NCBI GenBank assembly: GCA_036172245.1
Contig: JAYWIR010000009.1
Span: 1,116,001-1,180,000, forward strand
Direction: 5' to 3'
DNA from: Raillietiella orientalis
Lineage: Eukaryota
Length of the DNA: 64,000 nucleotides
A program made the position numbers and the translations under genes. This document shows, piece after piece, positions 1 to 12,500 of this stretch. How positions within the stretch are numbered: position 1 is the first letter of the stretch; each line of letters opens with the position of its first letter. The notes beneath the pieces were generated by a model, which ran no database searches, was not told where the DNA came from, and saw only the letters and a list, made by a program, of their open reading frames with translations.

Positions 1-600
1 TGTTCCACGCCAACCGGGTGACCGCATAGCGACTCTTCAAGATAAAGGGGACCACCGGAAAGGTTCCGGAGGAAGGAGTCCGTTCCTCCTTCTACTCGTA
101 GGAGGGAACCCCGAACCTATTCCTCATCTAGGAAGGAATCTCTCACCAAAAGGACCCCCCGGTTTTTGTTTGGACCGCGCCTCGTCTCTTCTCCGAAGGG
201 AACCTGGAAAGAATCCGCTCCTGGAATTTATTTTCCGAAGGGAACCCCCGCGAGGGAACTGCTCCTTATTTCCTCCTCTGGAAAGAACCCCGATGGAGTG
301 CTTCCAAGTTTCCCTGAAGAGAACTCCGAAGAGAACCGCTTCCTTGTTTTTCCTGGAAGGATCTCGGGAGGACAGCCTCCGATCCCGAGCAGTCAACGGG
401 GACTTCTGGTTTCCGGGCTTCCATCGCTGCAGCACCCAAAGCCTACAGGCCAACCAGCGTGATTCATCCTGCGGAAAGGATTCGAAACCCACGACGCACC
501 CCCTATTTCTCGGGCGTCGATGCTTCCCCGGGAGGGATTCGAATCCGCGACGCTCGGTGCCACGTGCGGAGCCGCAGCCACGCAGGCTGCCAACGCGGGC
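1..600 (-). mobile_element. tRNA-headed SINE-like repeat family A, copy 1 (runs off the window start)
   Basis: The minus strand starts GCCCGCGTTGGCAGCC...GCGGATTCGAATCCC (B-box), then a second GGTTTCGAATCC, then the hairpin-unit array. It aligns by eye with seven other copies. Confidence 0.75.
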
Positions 601-779
601 AGCACATCCGAAAAGGAAAATTTGATGCTGGATTCTTCAATCTCTTGCCTTTCGTCCCCAGAAAGGCTCCTCCAGACACCTGGAATGAGACCAATCGGAA
701 TTGGGACACATTTTGAGTAAGAAAACGGTTCTGCATCGACTTGGGTACGGAGAAGGCAATCACTGAGAAGAGGATAGAG

Positions 780-1160
780 AAGATCAATTCACTAATGAGA
801 CACTGAGGAAGTAATTCAAACGCACTGCTTCAGACAAAGATGAACTGTCCTTTGCCTCAGTAAGCTGAGTGGAGAGGTTCTGGAAATCCGGCAAGGAGAG
901 GGGGAAAGCTGGAAAAATTCCCATGTGCAGTCATGAAACAGGCTTGGGATAATACAGATTTGAGATGCACCGAAGAGAGGAATGACCTTCCTCGAAGTTT
1001 GGAGAGTTCTCATCGCTGGAAAGAATGTAACGCAGCTGGAGACACGCGCAAACTTAAAGAGCTGAAACACACCAGCTCTGTGCTGCTTTTGCATATCCAG
1101 GCATCTTCAGGATGCAAGAACACCATCTGTTTCGATCTCAAGTTGCACGTCCTCTAAAAG
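780..1160 (-). mobile_element. Possible BEL/Pao gag fragment
   Basis: IPSLFHDCTWEFF followed, after a frameshift, by SSLSEAVRLNYFLSV. This resembles the Pao gag pattern PxFxG..W..F / LS..EKxxYL. Confidence 0.3.
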
Positions 1161-1949
1161 AAGCCGGATGAGAGACTGAAAGGTTTCCTTTTGCGAGAAG
1201 TGCGGAAGCTCGAAGTTGGTTTCTAAAGAAGAGAGGCGCTGCACTTTTTCCAAGAACTATTTCTGGCACAAAGTTGTGAGCACTCTCATTGCCTTAGCTT
1301 TTGGTCCTTTGTGAGCATGCCGAGCAGGAGATGTAATTCAATTTCCTCTTTCTCTCTTGAGAAGCTGTCCAATGATGATCCATGATGCAACAAGTAAGTA
1401 TGAGGTAATGGTTGCGGACGACCGATCGAATGCCTCGACATAACTAGATGAGCACAAAGACTAATCTAGTGTCATCACTTATGAAGAGGACACTTTCAAG
1501 TGCTACCAAGCACGGGCAGCTAGGTCAACTACTCACTGATCCTGTTCGGTTCCTTTGGTTATTTATTCTCTTCAGAATTCAAACTCAACTCGAATTGAGA
1601 GTACTGAATAAGAAAAACACGTGTGGTATGGCGTCATAGCAATAAAGTAAGAAGGTCGCAACGCACCCATACAGAACTACAGCTAAAGAAAACTTTTAGT
1701 TTTGATTTTTTTCCAATAGTCAGATGTGCTCCAGACGAGGATGTTGTCACTGATGTCTTCTGAACACGCATTAGAAATTTCCTTCTGTACAACGACCTTC
1801 CTCCATTCTCTCATCCATTTAAATCCCTTCTTGACTGGGGAAGAAGATCCGAAAGGACCCCTTTAGCATATTCCACGGTCTTTTCCTTTGAATACCCCTT
1901 AACCACCTGCAAACGAAACCTTCTTTCCTCATCAGAAGTTCGTTTCACA

Positions 1950-4900
1950 TCTTTCTTCATCGAGAATAGCAGTGGGTTGCAAAAGCAGCTTCAGGAAGAC
2001 TCCATTGGAACGTGGTCGGTTGCCCCGGGCGTTCAGCGCAATTTCCATAGGGAACCGCCCACCAGGACGACGGTTCTCGTGCTGTTCTCTTCGCAGTGTG
2101 TGGGCAGGTGCGAATAGCAACCTGCCCACACACTTCTTCAGTCCGGCTACCGGACGTGGTGGCCCACTGCAAGTCGTCGGTCCATTCACGGCCCTCTTCC
2201 CCCTCCTGCACGAACAGGACAGAACGCGCCTTCGCATCCAGCGACAGATGGGAAGAGACTGGCCGAAACGCAGATGCGAAGAGCGAAGCTATCCGAGAAT
2301 CCCCACTCGAGCACCGTAGAGGTCAATTGACCCTTTGATTATGGCGACAATGCCGCGGCCTCCATTCCTTTTCGGGAGAGATTGCAATCTGTTAATTTTT
2401 CTTCCTTATCCCGTCTGGCCGTGAGGAGTGCTTCCTCTCCGTGCGTCTTTGGACGACTCAATCCCGAGTCCACACCCAGGACTTGCTGGTTCGCAGAGTT
2501 CAGTCTCCATCCGGCTGTAGAGATGGAGGCTTTCCTTATTCTACCCCCAATTCCATTGTGCCGTTATTGGCACATGGGAGAATGCCTCATGCAGAGGTTT
2601 AGTATATGAGGCAACATACACCACGTTCTCTGCTTCCTTCTACCGCACGCCTGGAAGGTACCACCGGCGACTGGGAGTTGCCATGCAGCGGAGATCCCTT
2701 GATTATGCAGCTGAGGTTGACGATACTTTTAAATACGATACGATTAAATAAGATGAAGAAGGTCAAAAAAAAATGGTAGCATTTCATCGGTCGAACTGCC
2801 TTTCCAAGTACAACCAACGCGTGACTGAACGAGCAGCTTCCTGGACCAGCACCCTAGAGGTAAGGCGCCGCAATGTTCCTCGCAAGCTGTGCCCACTAAC
2901 GAGAGGGTATGCCTTGCATCGGCTCGCCGTCGACGGAAAAGAGACCATCCAAGTACTGCTGGGCAAAATCATATCCAAGAGCGCCTGTTTTTTCCTTTTT
3001 TTTCCTGACAAAATGGGAAGGTCGATCGAGAAATTCGCTTGGATCTCAACTGACATCTACCTGCTTGTATTAAGCAGGAATCCCAAGAGTGCAGACATCA
3101 TGTCGTGAGCTGCAGCGAGGATGACCAAAACTCAAGATAAACCCGTTTTGGTCCCAGAAGATTCTCGGCGAATTTTTAAGGAATCCGACAAGACTGGAAA
3201 TCATGAGGTGCCTGGAGAGTTTGAGGAAAGCGAAGATTGCCGTGATGCTTGGCAAGGAGAAGGAATAGGAAGCTCCCAGAATTCTCACAGCTAATAGCCA
3301 TGCACGGAAGATGGTCCAGTCTCTGAGCGCCTCCGTCATTTTGATAAGATTACGGAGAAATCAATAGAATTTTAGCGGGAAGAAACGAACACCACGCACA
3401 TTTTTTTTTTTTTTTGCATCTCTTTTCAAAAAAAGTTGAGCAGGTAGGGTGGATTTTTCTGTGCTCTGTGCTTACCGTCTGAGGTCCAGAAGAGTAAAGG
3501 AGCGGAATTCGTCAGGTGCTCCCTATTCTCGAGCAATAGGAAACCGGAGCTTCCATGGAGACTGCGGAGCGCCACCGGGCAAGCCCCCTTTGCGAGGCGG
3601 AAAAGAACCGATCCGTGGAAGGAACACTCAGAATAGATGAGAATTGAATGATCTACAGCATCATGGAGAAGGAAAGACCACGCTGCCCCTGAGGAGAGTT
3701 CCAGAGTGTTTAGCAAAGATGGGTCTTAACACGGTGCTTTAGGATGAATCCTCAGTTTCAACTCCCGAGCTCCAGCGGGCGAGGTGCCTTCAACGAAGAC
3801 AAAGATCTCGTTTTAGCAGTTGGAAAAACAAACCCAGGAGACTTTCCCCCACCTTGCTACAGCTCCGAGAAATCGGGAAGGTGAGGTATTCTAGCATGGA
3901 GTTTTGCGGTCTCATCATAGGAGCAGCGAGGGAGTCGACACCAACACGTGTTCGCCCGCTCTGCTCTTTTCTTTGTCAAGCAGTCAAACTACCGTTACCT
4001 GAGATCTCTCCGCACACCACACCCCTGAACAAGACTGTCAGGAGGAACCATGTACCGGACAAAAGGGGTTGCGGAATTTTCTCCCAATTCCGGGACTCCA
4101 AACCGATACCCAGGAGCCGTCTGCTAGCTGGGGATCCGTTGGACTAAAGAGAGCAACGCGGCGTGATTGGAAGAACGAGCATATCAAGACGGAATTCTGC
4201 GACTACCCTCTTCTTTGGGAAAAGAGAGAGCTCGGCCTCTTGTACCTCGACCGGGACTTCCTGACCGCTCAGAGGCTGATCATCCTCGTCTACCGAGCAT
4301 CCGGCCTCTGGGTCGGGCTTCTTCCTGCGGATGCCCTCTGCTTACGGATCGCCCACCCACGCTGCAGCAGCAGAAGCAGCTGAGGGGAACCTTCCCACCT
4401 ACCAGCCTCCAACTCAGAACCCACTCCCATTTCGTGCCTCTGAGCGCGTTCCTCCCAAACCGAACGGCATCCATCGGTACGTCTTTCTCGGAGAAGTGCT
4501 TCTAGGATTCCTCCACCATCAGTACATCCAGATGACGTCGTCAGTAATGAAGCGGCTTAGATGACGCTCGTGGCGAATAAAAAAGCGAGCATGACGGAAA
4601 GGAGGAAAGCTGCCTACACCTCCCTTGGAATCATTATGTTTGTCTCGCGTTGAAATGGCACACGCGAAAGTCATCTCGGGAGTGTCTTGACAATGCTACC
4701 AGCTTCGAGTCCCTTAGAATCAAACAAAAAACCTTCTTCTTCTTCTTCTTCTTCTTTTTCTCCTCTTTTTCATCTCATCAATCTTTGGAGCATCCCGCCG
4801 TCGTTTGTGCTCATTGCATTCAATGCCTCCCGCTAATTCGAAGAGTTTTCCCATCAGAGACACTCGCTGCAATTCATCTAAGCACTTCCTGGACATGTTC

Positions 4901-5650
4901 CCGCCGATTTTGCTTCCGTTAATGAATCATCGCAATTTGGATCTTAATTAACCGTTTCATTTGGGCTGGTGGGTCCTCCGACCGAGAAGTTCCTCGTCAC
5001 CGGGATCCATCTGTCGGTTTTGCAGCTCCTCTCCGCTTCGTTGGTCTCCCTCGCAGCGATGAGAACGGCTCTTACCGCTTCTTCGCTCCGTCGTGCGCTG
5101 AGTTGGTTGCGGGCGCCATCTGCAAACCTCCTGCCGAATCTCCAGCGTTCGGAACGGTGACCCCCTCCCTCCGATTGAGCGTGTCATCCGTTCTTAGGAG
5201 CCAGCCTGAGGGGAAGGCTTTGGAGGAAGGCAAAGAAGGCGGAGAAAGGCGGCCAGCACGAACGAACGGGTGACCCATGAGGACCGACGCGCGCTGACCA
5301 ATTGCGGCGTGTGTGCGAAACTTTGCCCGCGAGGTCACAGCGGAGTGAACCTGCCTGGACAGATGAAGTCAGCCTCTCCTTCAAACTTCTTCTTCGGAGC
5401 CTCGCTTGCCGAGGAAGGGTCAGGATTCGGCTGCATGCATAATGGACCACTCCAAGAGAAGCGACGATGGCTAGCCGAATCTGAATCTCACCCCTCTGAC
5501 ACACTTACTGAGGTCTTCAGCAAAAGAAGATTTGCTTCTTGGTTACTTCCACTTGAAAGTAGAAGTGGGGACAGAAATGGAGAGATGAGATAGAGGCAAG
5601 AACGGAGCCGATGAAATTCATGGACAGCATGAAGATGGAATGGAAACTTG
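1950..5650 (-). mobile_element. Mosaic of decayed Ty3/Gypsy fragments (integrase, RNase H, RT, gag)
   Basis: Integrase C-terminal-like EWTDDLQW...VAIRTCPHTA (~2000-2210), RNase H-like LPLGCWSRKL (~2830-2870), RT-like YRWMPFGL (~4445-4480) and gag-like segments at ~4950-5350. Confidence 0.5.
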
Positions 5651-6024
5651 GAGACCATCTTTTTTGCATCCGTGCTTTTCGCTGCTTATTCTTCCCCAAG
5701 AACTTCCTCCTCGTTGCTCCGTGAGAGGCGAGGACCGCTGGATGCTTCCACTCGCAAAGGTCATTGGAGGTCATCGCGATCTCGAAATCATCTCCTGCTG
5801 CTCTGGATGATTCCGTATCTACTCTTCCGTCGAGGAATCGCTTGCGCCCATTCGATCTAAGCGGAAACAGCAGCTCTTTTTGGGGACTCTCATCTTCCCA
5901 AGACTCTTGCAGAGAGCTGTCGGTTCGATACGCTAATCCGTTCTTGCCCGTTTTTGTGAATTCTTCAGAGGAGTAGGAAAGACCGGCAGTTCGGACTGGG
6001 AGCGTCTCCATCGACGTATCCGTC

Positions 6025-6558
6025 AGCGGGGGAAGGAGGCTCGTTCCTCACTTCTTCCTGGGAGGCAACTTTCCTCCCGCCCTGGTTGCCTTTCGAAGGG
6101 AGCCCCGGAAGGAATCTCTTCCTTATTCTCTACGGTTTCTTTGAGGGGTCACTCCTTGTTTCTTCTCCTAAGGGAATTTCCGCAAGGGAACCGCTCCTTT
6201 TTTCCTCCCCCAGAGACGCTTCCCAATGTCTGCGGACGGCGTTTCCCGGAAGGAGCAGCGCGCTTTTCTACACCTTGAAGAGGAATTGTCAATCCAACAG
6301 CTCCATGGAGCTTCATCTATGCAACCGGAGGGGAACCTTGAAGAGAACCGTCGCCCCTTCGTTCCTGGAAAGGCCCCGGAGGGTCGATTTCGGATCCCAA
6401 TCAGTCAACGGGGGCATCCGGAGACTTCCGGTGGAATCCCCGCGTGGAGAGAATGGAAACCGACGACGCTCCCATTTCTCGGCGTCCACGGTGGGGATTC
6501 GAACCCGCGACGTTTCGAACCATCCGCGGAGACCGCAGCCACGTGGCCGCCGAAGCGG
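6025..6558 (-). mobile_element. Family A copy 2
   Basis: Shares ccgcaagggaaccgctcc, cagctccatggagcttcat, cagtcaacggg and ggattcgaacccgcgacg with the other copies. Confidence 0.75.
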
Positions 6559-7599
6559 GAGGAGGAAGCAGGAAGGATCGTTTACTAGCTCGGGTTTCCC
6601 AGCCCGCGAAAAGGACTAGAACACTGCGAGTGCTCCCGGCCGAGAGAAGAGCAAGCGAAATGAGGAAGAGTCGCGATTCTGACAGTGGAGTTTCCTGTCC
6701 TCTCCACTGGAAGTGGATTGAGTGGGACACCATTCATTAGGAGGACACACAGCAGAAGACCCTCTCCACTCTTCGGTCGCTTCATTAACGACGGTGAGCT
6801 CCCGTCCCTGCACTCGTCCTGGAAGCGCTCAACTTTCTTGACAGATCTCTGGGTTCCTCACGTGCGCGCGGACCCGCAGGCCGTTGGCGGACGACGTGCA
6901 ATGAACGCGGCGCGAATCGCGGATCCCTTTCGGAGGGGATGCTGGATGCAAGCAAAGGGCGAAAGGGGCGCTGCTGTTCACGAATACTCCTGCCACAGCT
7001 ACAGCGAGAAGAGAAGAAAGCCTCTTCAGAGAAAGAGGGCTGCTGGCTCACCTTCCTGGAGAAGTCGAGATGAGCCTGAGCGAAAACGTCCCGACGCTAC
7101 AGCACCGAGGCTGTACATCCGAACTGGGACGCTGCCGAGGGTTGCAGCCGCCGAAGGCACTATGATTTTCTGCAGAACGGACTCGCAGTTTTTTTCATTC
7201 CCTCCTGGCTACCATCCTCTTCGTTGAGAGGGACGGAACGGGAGAAGAATCGCGGAAGGTCGGGGCAAACACTCCCGGTTACCTGACGAGTCCTGCAGGA
7301 AATGGAGAAACCTCCAGAGCCAGAACGAACCAGAACCCCTTTCTCCTTAGAGAATGCAGGCTGCTTGACGTCTTATTGCCACGGGAATTCGTGATTTTTT
7401 TTTTTTTTTTCCCCCTTGCAGCATCCACTCTCCTGAGGGGTGAACTTCGGAAAGTTAGTTGAATCCCTTCCTGTCCCCCTCATCTGCCCCGTCCCAGACA
7501 CAACGGCATCAACGTAACCCGCGAGGATGTCGAAGAGGTCCCTCTGTCGATAAGCTGCAATCGCAGAACGGGTAACGCGGGGTCATAACAGCTGGTAAA

Positions 7600-9350
7600 T
7601 ATTTGTGGTCCCCTCCCTCCCGTTCCGGACTTGCGGCTTACCGACCTGCGTGTCGGGGGTCCCTCTATTCGTTTTTCTGTGTCCTTTGTCCGGGAACACT
7701 GTTCTCGGATCGTTTAGAAATAGATTCCCCGGCGCACCCGGGTGGGAAAGTATGCAAAAGCGCCAAATCGGACAGAGGACTTCGGGGAGATTCATCTTCC
7801 GGCACCTGTTCAGCACGCGATCGAGCAAATTTCTTTTTTCTTTTTCCAAATCAGGGGGGGGGGGGGAGAAAAAAAAACATTCATCCTTAAGGAGGGCAGT
7901 GCAATCGAGCAGGGAGCACCTCGGGACGCTGGGCGCGCTTCCAAAGCAACCACCCCCCGGACCGACGGTGGTGCTCCGCGGATGCCACCGCCGTGCCAGC
8001 TCCGTCTCCCCGGCAGGTCCCGGGACGAGTGCTCATCGACCAAAAATCGGGTGGGAGAAGGGGAGCGAGGGAGAGGGGGGAAAAAAAAACCTGCGCGCGA
8101 CGTTGGCGTTCTCCCGCGGAAAACCTACGTCCCTGCTGAGGCGGTACGTCCCTTTGGATCCACTCGTTAGTAAATGATGATTGGGAATTTTTCACGACTG
8201 CGTGAATGTCATTCTTGTATTCTTTTTATGAATATATTCGACACTGCGCTTGTGTCGGCTCCGTAATAAAAATACCGCTTTGATGATGCTCGGATTTTCG
8301 ATATCACATGTTGATCACATTGCCAGTTTCCTCCCGCGTGTACCACTGTTATCTGGTCCGGCCGTGTGAGAGGCTCTCCGACAGCACCAAGGTAGGACTC
8401 TTCTGCCCTTCCTCCTATCCCCCTTTTTTGGGGGGAGGGGGGGGGCGTCCTTTGGGCATTTACTCGGAAGGGGCTTTGAAACATCCCGTGGCGTTTTTTT
8501 CTTTTTTCTCCGAAGATTTGCCACCGGCGGCTGGACGGCACCCGCGCGAAACGGCTGGGGAGGGAAAAAGAGGTGGGAAGGGATGCCCTGCCCACACTTC
8601 TGCCGGAACTTTCGTGGACCCCCCCCCCATTCCTCCCTTCTGTGAGATAGTCCGCGCAGGAAGATTTCATTGTCGCGGAGTAGGGTTTTCAGCCCGAGGA
8701 AAGAAGGGGGGGAAAGGGAAGGGTCCTCGCAAAATTTCATTGCCGGAATTCGGAACCCGCAAGACCTCAACGACCTGGTCGTTTGTGGACAAGCGGACCG
8801 GGGGTCTCTCTGATTCCTGGAGCGGTGAGAAACCCTCCGGGAGAGCACCCACTCGCCGGCAAGAGGAGCTAGCCGGGAGCGCAACAAGGAGTGAGTGTGG
8901 CTTACCCCTGGCGTTGGCTGATTCCAGAGTCGCTTCAGGCTGCTCGGCCACCTCCACCGGGGGAAGAGCAGGGACTCACGCTGAAGAGAGCACCGGAGCA
9001 CCTGCACCGCAAGCCGGAGCGGCTGCATCTCTCGTTCACCGGAGAGAGCAGCTCCCAGCATCCGGACCCACTCTGCGGATCCGCTGCTGGCGCGCACAGT
9101 GCGGCCCAACCGGAGTCATTCGGGGGGATTTCCGGAGGTGCAAGCAGCGCGGGACGTCCGTCCAATAATCCCATCTTTCTTGTTGCTGTTCGGCTCGTGC
9201 TGAGCACCTTGGGGTCTCCACGGAGTCGTCCGGGGACACCACGCCACCCGGCGCCATGGCGATCGGCACGGCACCAGCCATCGGGGAGGGGGGGGAGGGC
9301 GCACCGACTTCCTCCCCGGACAGGGCGATAAGGTGAAGAGGTCGACACCC
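7600..9350 (+). mobile_element. Decayed Ty3/Gypsy pol (RNase H to integrase)
   Basis: Integrase-like order SFVDKRTG...ECGLPLALADS...VLSTLGSPRSRPGTP. Heavily frameshifted at homopolymer runs. Confidence 0.4.
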
Positions 9351-9599
9351 GGCCGCGCTGCCGTAGCGGAGGGCACCCGGTATGCAACGGGTTCGGAAGG
9401 CGGGCGTTCCGAGGGAGTGCGGGAGTTCGCCGCAAAGGGCACAACGAACGTGTCTGCGTCCGGCGAACAGACCCCGTTCCCGAAAACAAGCCCTCCGACT
9501 GAAATGGGCAGATGCGTCTCTTATTGCTGCTGCGGATTCAGGGCCGCTGCAGGGGAAAGCGGTGGTCGATGTTTCTTCTCTTTTTTCCAAAAAAAAAAA

Positions 9600-12500
9600 A
9601 GAAGGAAAGGATGGGATACAAAATCGACTCCTCAAAATCTGCCGCAGTGCTGACGGGAGGATTCGGAGGCGCCCTTCCCTGGACAAATTCCCACGTGTGC
9701 ATTCAAGGCGGATGCGCACGATTGCGTTTTTCCTCCCCCGTCCCAATGATTCGCTCTGCCGCCTCGAGATTTCTCGTTCATTGATCCGAGGTGGATCCCG
9801 GCGAGTTCGCCTCCTTCCTTCCCGTCCCTTTTTCTCCTCCGTGCTCCACATCCCAGCAAACGGTCGTGTTCTTCCTGTGTTGCAGATGCCAAACTCGGCG
9901 TGGAAGCGCGCAATCTGTTGCATGGTGGCGTGCTGGTTCACGAGCAGGGCGATCGGTCCGGTCGACTGCTACCCGTCGGGAACGATCGACCAGTCCAACT
10001 CACCTGTCCTGTTGGGAGAGCTGGGAGCCGCCTCCAGAGGCGTGACCGCGTGGCTCTTCATCCCGGGAAACGGTTACGACGAAGAGGACGTCCTGATCCC
10101 GATCGAAGACACGTTGTGGAACGATCCGAGAGTCATCCCCAGCAGGATCAAAGTAGGTGGCAGTCGCGATAGACCGGAACTGGAGCCACGACTTGACCCT
10201 GGCCAGTCGTGTCGGCTCGTGACGGTTCTTCGCTTCGGTCTTGGCGAAAATGTTTCCGAGAGTCCTTTCCGCCCTCAAGGACCATTTTCTTACTCGAGGA
10301 AAGCGTCTGGCGCAATTTGCTCTTTGCAGCTCCTCTCCCTTTCCAGCCTCCTTCCTTGCTCTCCAACCTTCAATCGAGAGCGGGGCCGTATGAGCGCGAC
10401 CCGACACCCCACGGCAAGTGATCTCTGCGAGTTTTGATCGAAGCTGCGACGCGAAACGCTGGAACGGGGCGTGGCACACTCCTTGCAGACCCTCGGAGGA
10501 ATCCACGGTTAAATCCGCACAGCTGCCATCCGCCGAGCGGTGGCGCAAAGAGGATCCCCGGAAGCTCTCAGCTTGCCAATGATTTTCACCGGCCATCTGT
10601 AGGAAACTGCTCAGATGAACCAGTCGCAAAGTGGCAACTCGAACGAGGCCCAGAGCTGCGATCGGAACTCCTGAAGAAAGGAGAAGGAGGATGAGAAATG
10701 AGCGAACGGCTGCATCCTAGTTGGATTCTTTCGCATCAGACCTCTGCGTGGTTTCTTCGGGCTGTTCCGCGCGTGCATCCCGTAAGCGCGATCCCTCGTC
10801 CTTTTTTTTTCAATCGGATCGGAAAAACAGGCCTTACGCGAGATATTCGCCGAGCAACCTCTCGCACCTCTCGCAAACAGTTCTGGTCCAGATCCTGGAC
10901 CAGAACTGTTTGCTAAGTGCAGTCATTACTACATGACAAATGACGTTGTCGATGAACTGGGGCAGTGGCGCTGCCGACTGTCCCAGCATCTCGTCCGGCG
11001 CGCTGGAGGAATGAAGGAATCTACTGTTTCTAATAGACGTCGACACTCCATAGAAGCGTTCGCTGAAACCGCAATCACGGAACTGCATTTCGTCTCAGCG
11101 CACGTCCCTTGCAGCGCTGGAGCGGAGCGTTTCTCGAAGGATGGTGGCGGTGGGACCTTTGCATTTTTCCTTCTTGACGCTCACTTCCTGACTCCTTGCC
11201 GAATGACCTGCGAGCCCGAAAAAAAGGTGTTTTCTCGAAGCCGCTGCCCACCTCCAGTGCATGCGAGGTGCACGCCCTCGTCATCGCGCGGAGCTCTAAA
11301 AAAAACTCTACTGCTGTCGTACACTCAAAGACACCCATGCTGACTGCACAACACAACACCAACCGCGATATGTGAAAGAAAATACACGCATGAGTGTATG
11401 CGAGAATTTTAAAAATCTGCCTTGCCATCCATAAAGTTCTTAGACGAAAAGGTTGAAGTGGAGGAACTTCCTTTAATGAACAGATGCGACCAGTTCTGTA
11501 GAAACCCAGCAACATCCCATCTGGATGGAGACTGAGACAGGGCGACGGTGAGGAACAGATGCTCAAGCCGCTTTCAAGGATGGATAAGGATGCTCAGAGC
11601 CAAGACGGCGAGTCGCTTTCTTGAGACGAGATGGCTAGTTGCCTTCAAGCGTTCTTTCTTGAGCTCGCAGCACTGAAAAATCCAAATTTCTGCTATCGTG
11701 AGATCAGCATCTGAGATTCTTTCACCGATTCGAAGACCGGTCAGGATGCTGCTGCCAAACGGACCGTAACAGCTTTCGCTGAACGCTGGAGGGAACATTC
11801 CGACCGACCCATTCCGGTCGCCATCGCTTAAATTTTACCATAACAAAAAATAAGTCTCTTTCCATTGGCCAGCATGAGGGGAAGCCAGCACGAGGGCGGT
11901 AGTGACGCAGGATCACGGGAACCGGAGGGAGCAGGGAGAGCGATCTTCCAAAATCAAGATGGAATGGGTTCGAGGGAATTGTGTGACCACGAACGTACCA
12001 ATACGCACGAAGATCCACTTGAGGAGAGGAGAAGCCAGTTCTTTGCAGCCCGGCTAAACTCGGGCAAATAGAGGAAAGAAAGAACGTGTCTACATCCTAC
12101 CCCGTCATCTGGGATCTCGTAGCCACTTTAAAATCCTTACCGTGCCATTATTTTCGTTGAGGTGTCATTCCGAAATCTCCTCATTGTCTCTGGAAGGGTA
12201 ATTTCAACGACGGTGTCCCGGAAAGATCTGTGGCAACGGCTTCCCTACCCCTGAACTCGGTCTTACCTAGAAGCATTTCGATGCTTTATGGCTCCATATC
12301 AGCTGCCTTTGCGAACACACGGTTGATCCAGTTTATGGATCAATTCTCCCCCCTCCCTCCTTCTTGGCAGTCTGCATCCATCCAGTACATTGTCCTGGAG
12401 CACGAAAAGCCATGATTAGAACAAATATCCTACTATGCAATAAACTGACTGCGTGGAAGGGCTCTCCAAGTCAATTGGATTGCCTCAATCGAGTTCTCCA

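Noticed and set aside
530..600. Functional tRNA gene
   Set aside because: It has a B-box and T-arm-like sequence but no complete cloverleaf. It is the head of a dispersed repeat and varies among copies.
1..600. Family A as an LTR because the window starts with TGTT
   Set aside because: Homology in other copies extends beyond this TG. There are no consistent TG..CA ends or PBS/PPT, and the flanks differ.
8173..8330. Box C/D snoRNA at ATGATGA
   Set aside because: There is no matching CTGA D box or terminal stem. The AT-rich insert with AATAAA ending in TCACA looks more like an LTR fragment.
8308..10437. Long ORFs (286, 264, 301 and 351 aa) as real genes
   Set aside because: They overlap on both strands, are R/G/P/S-rich and lie on decayed gag/pol. 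TA depletion makes long ORFs common here.
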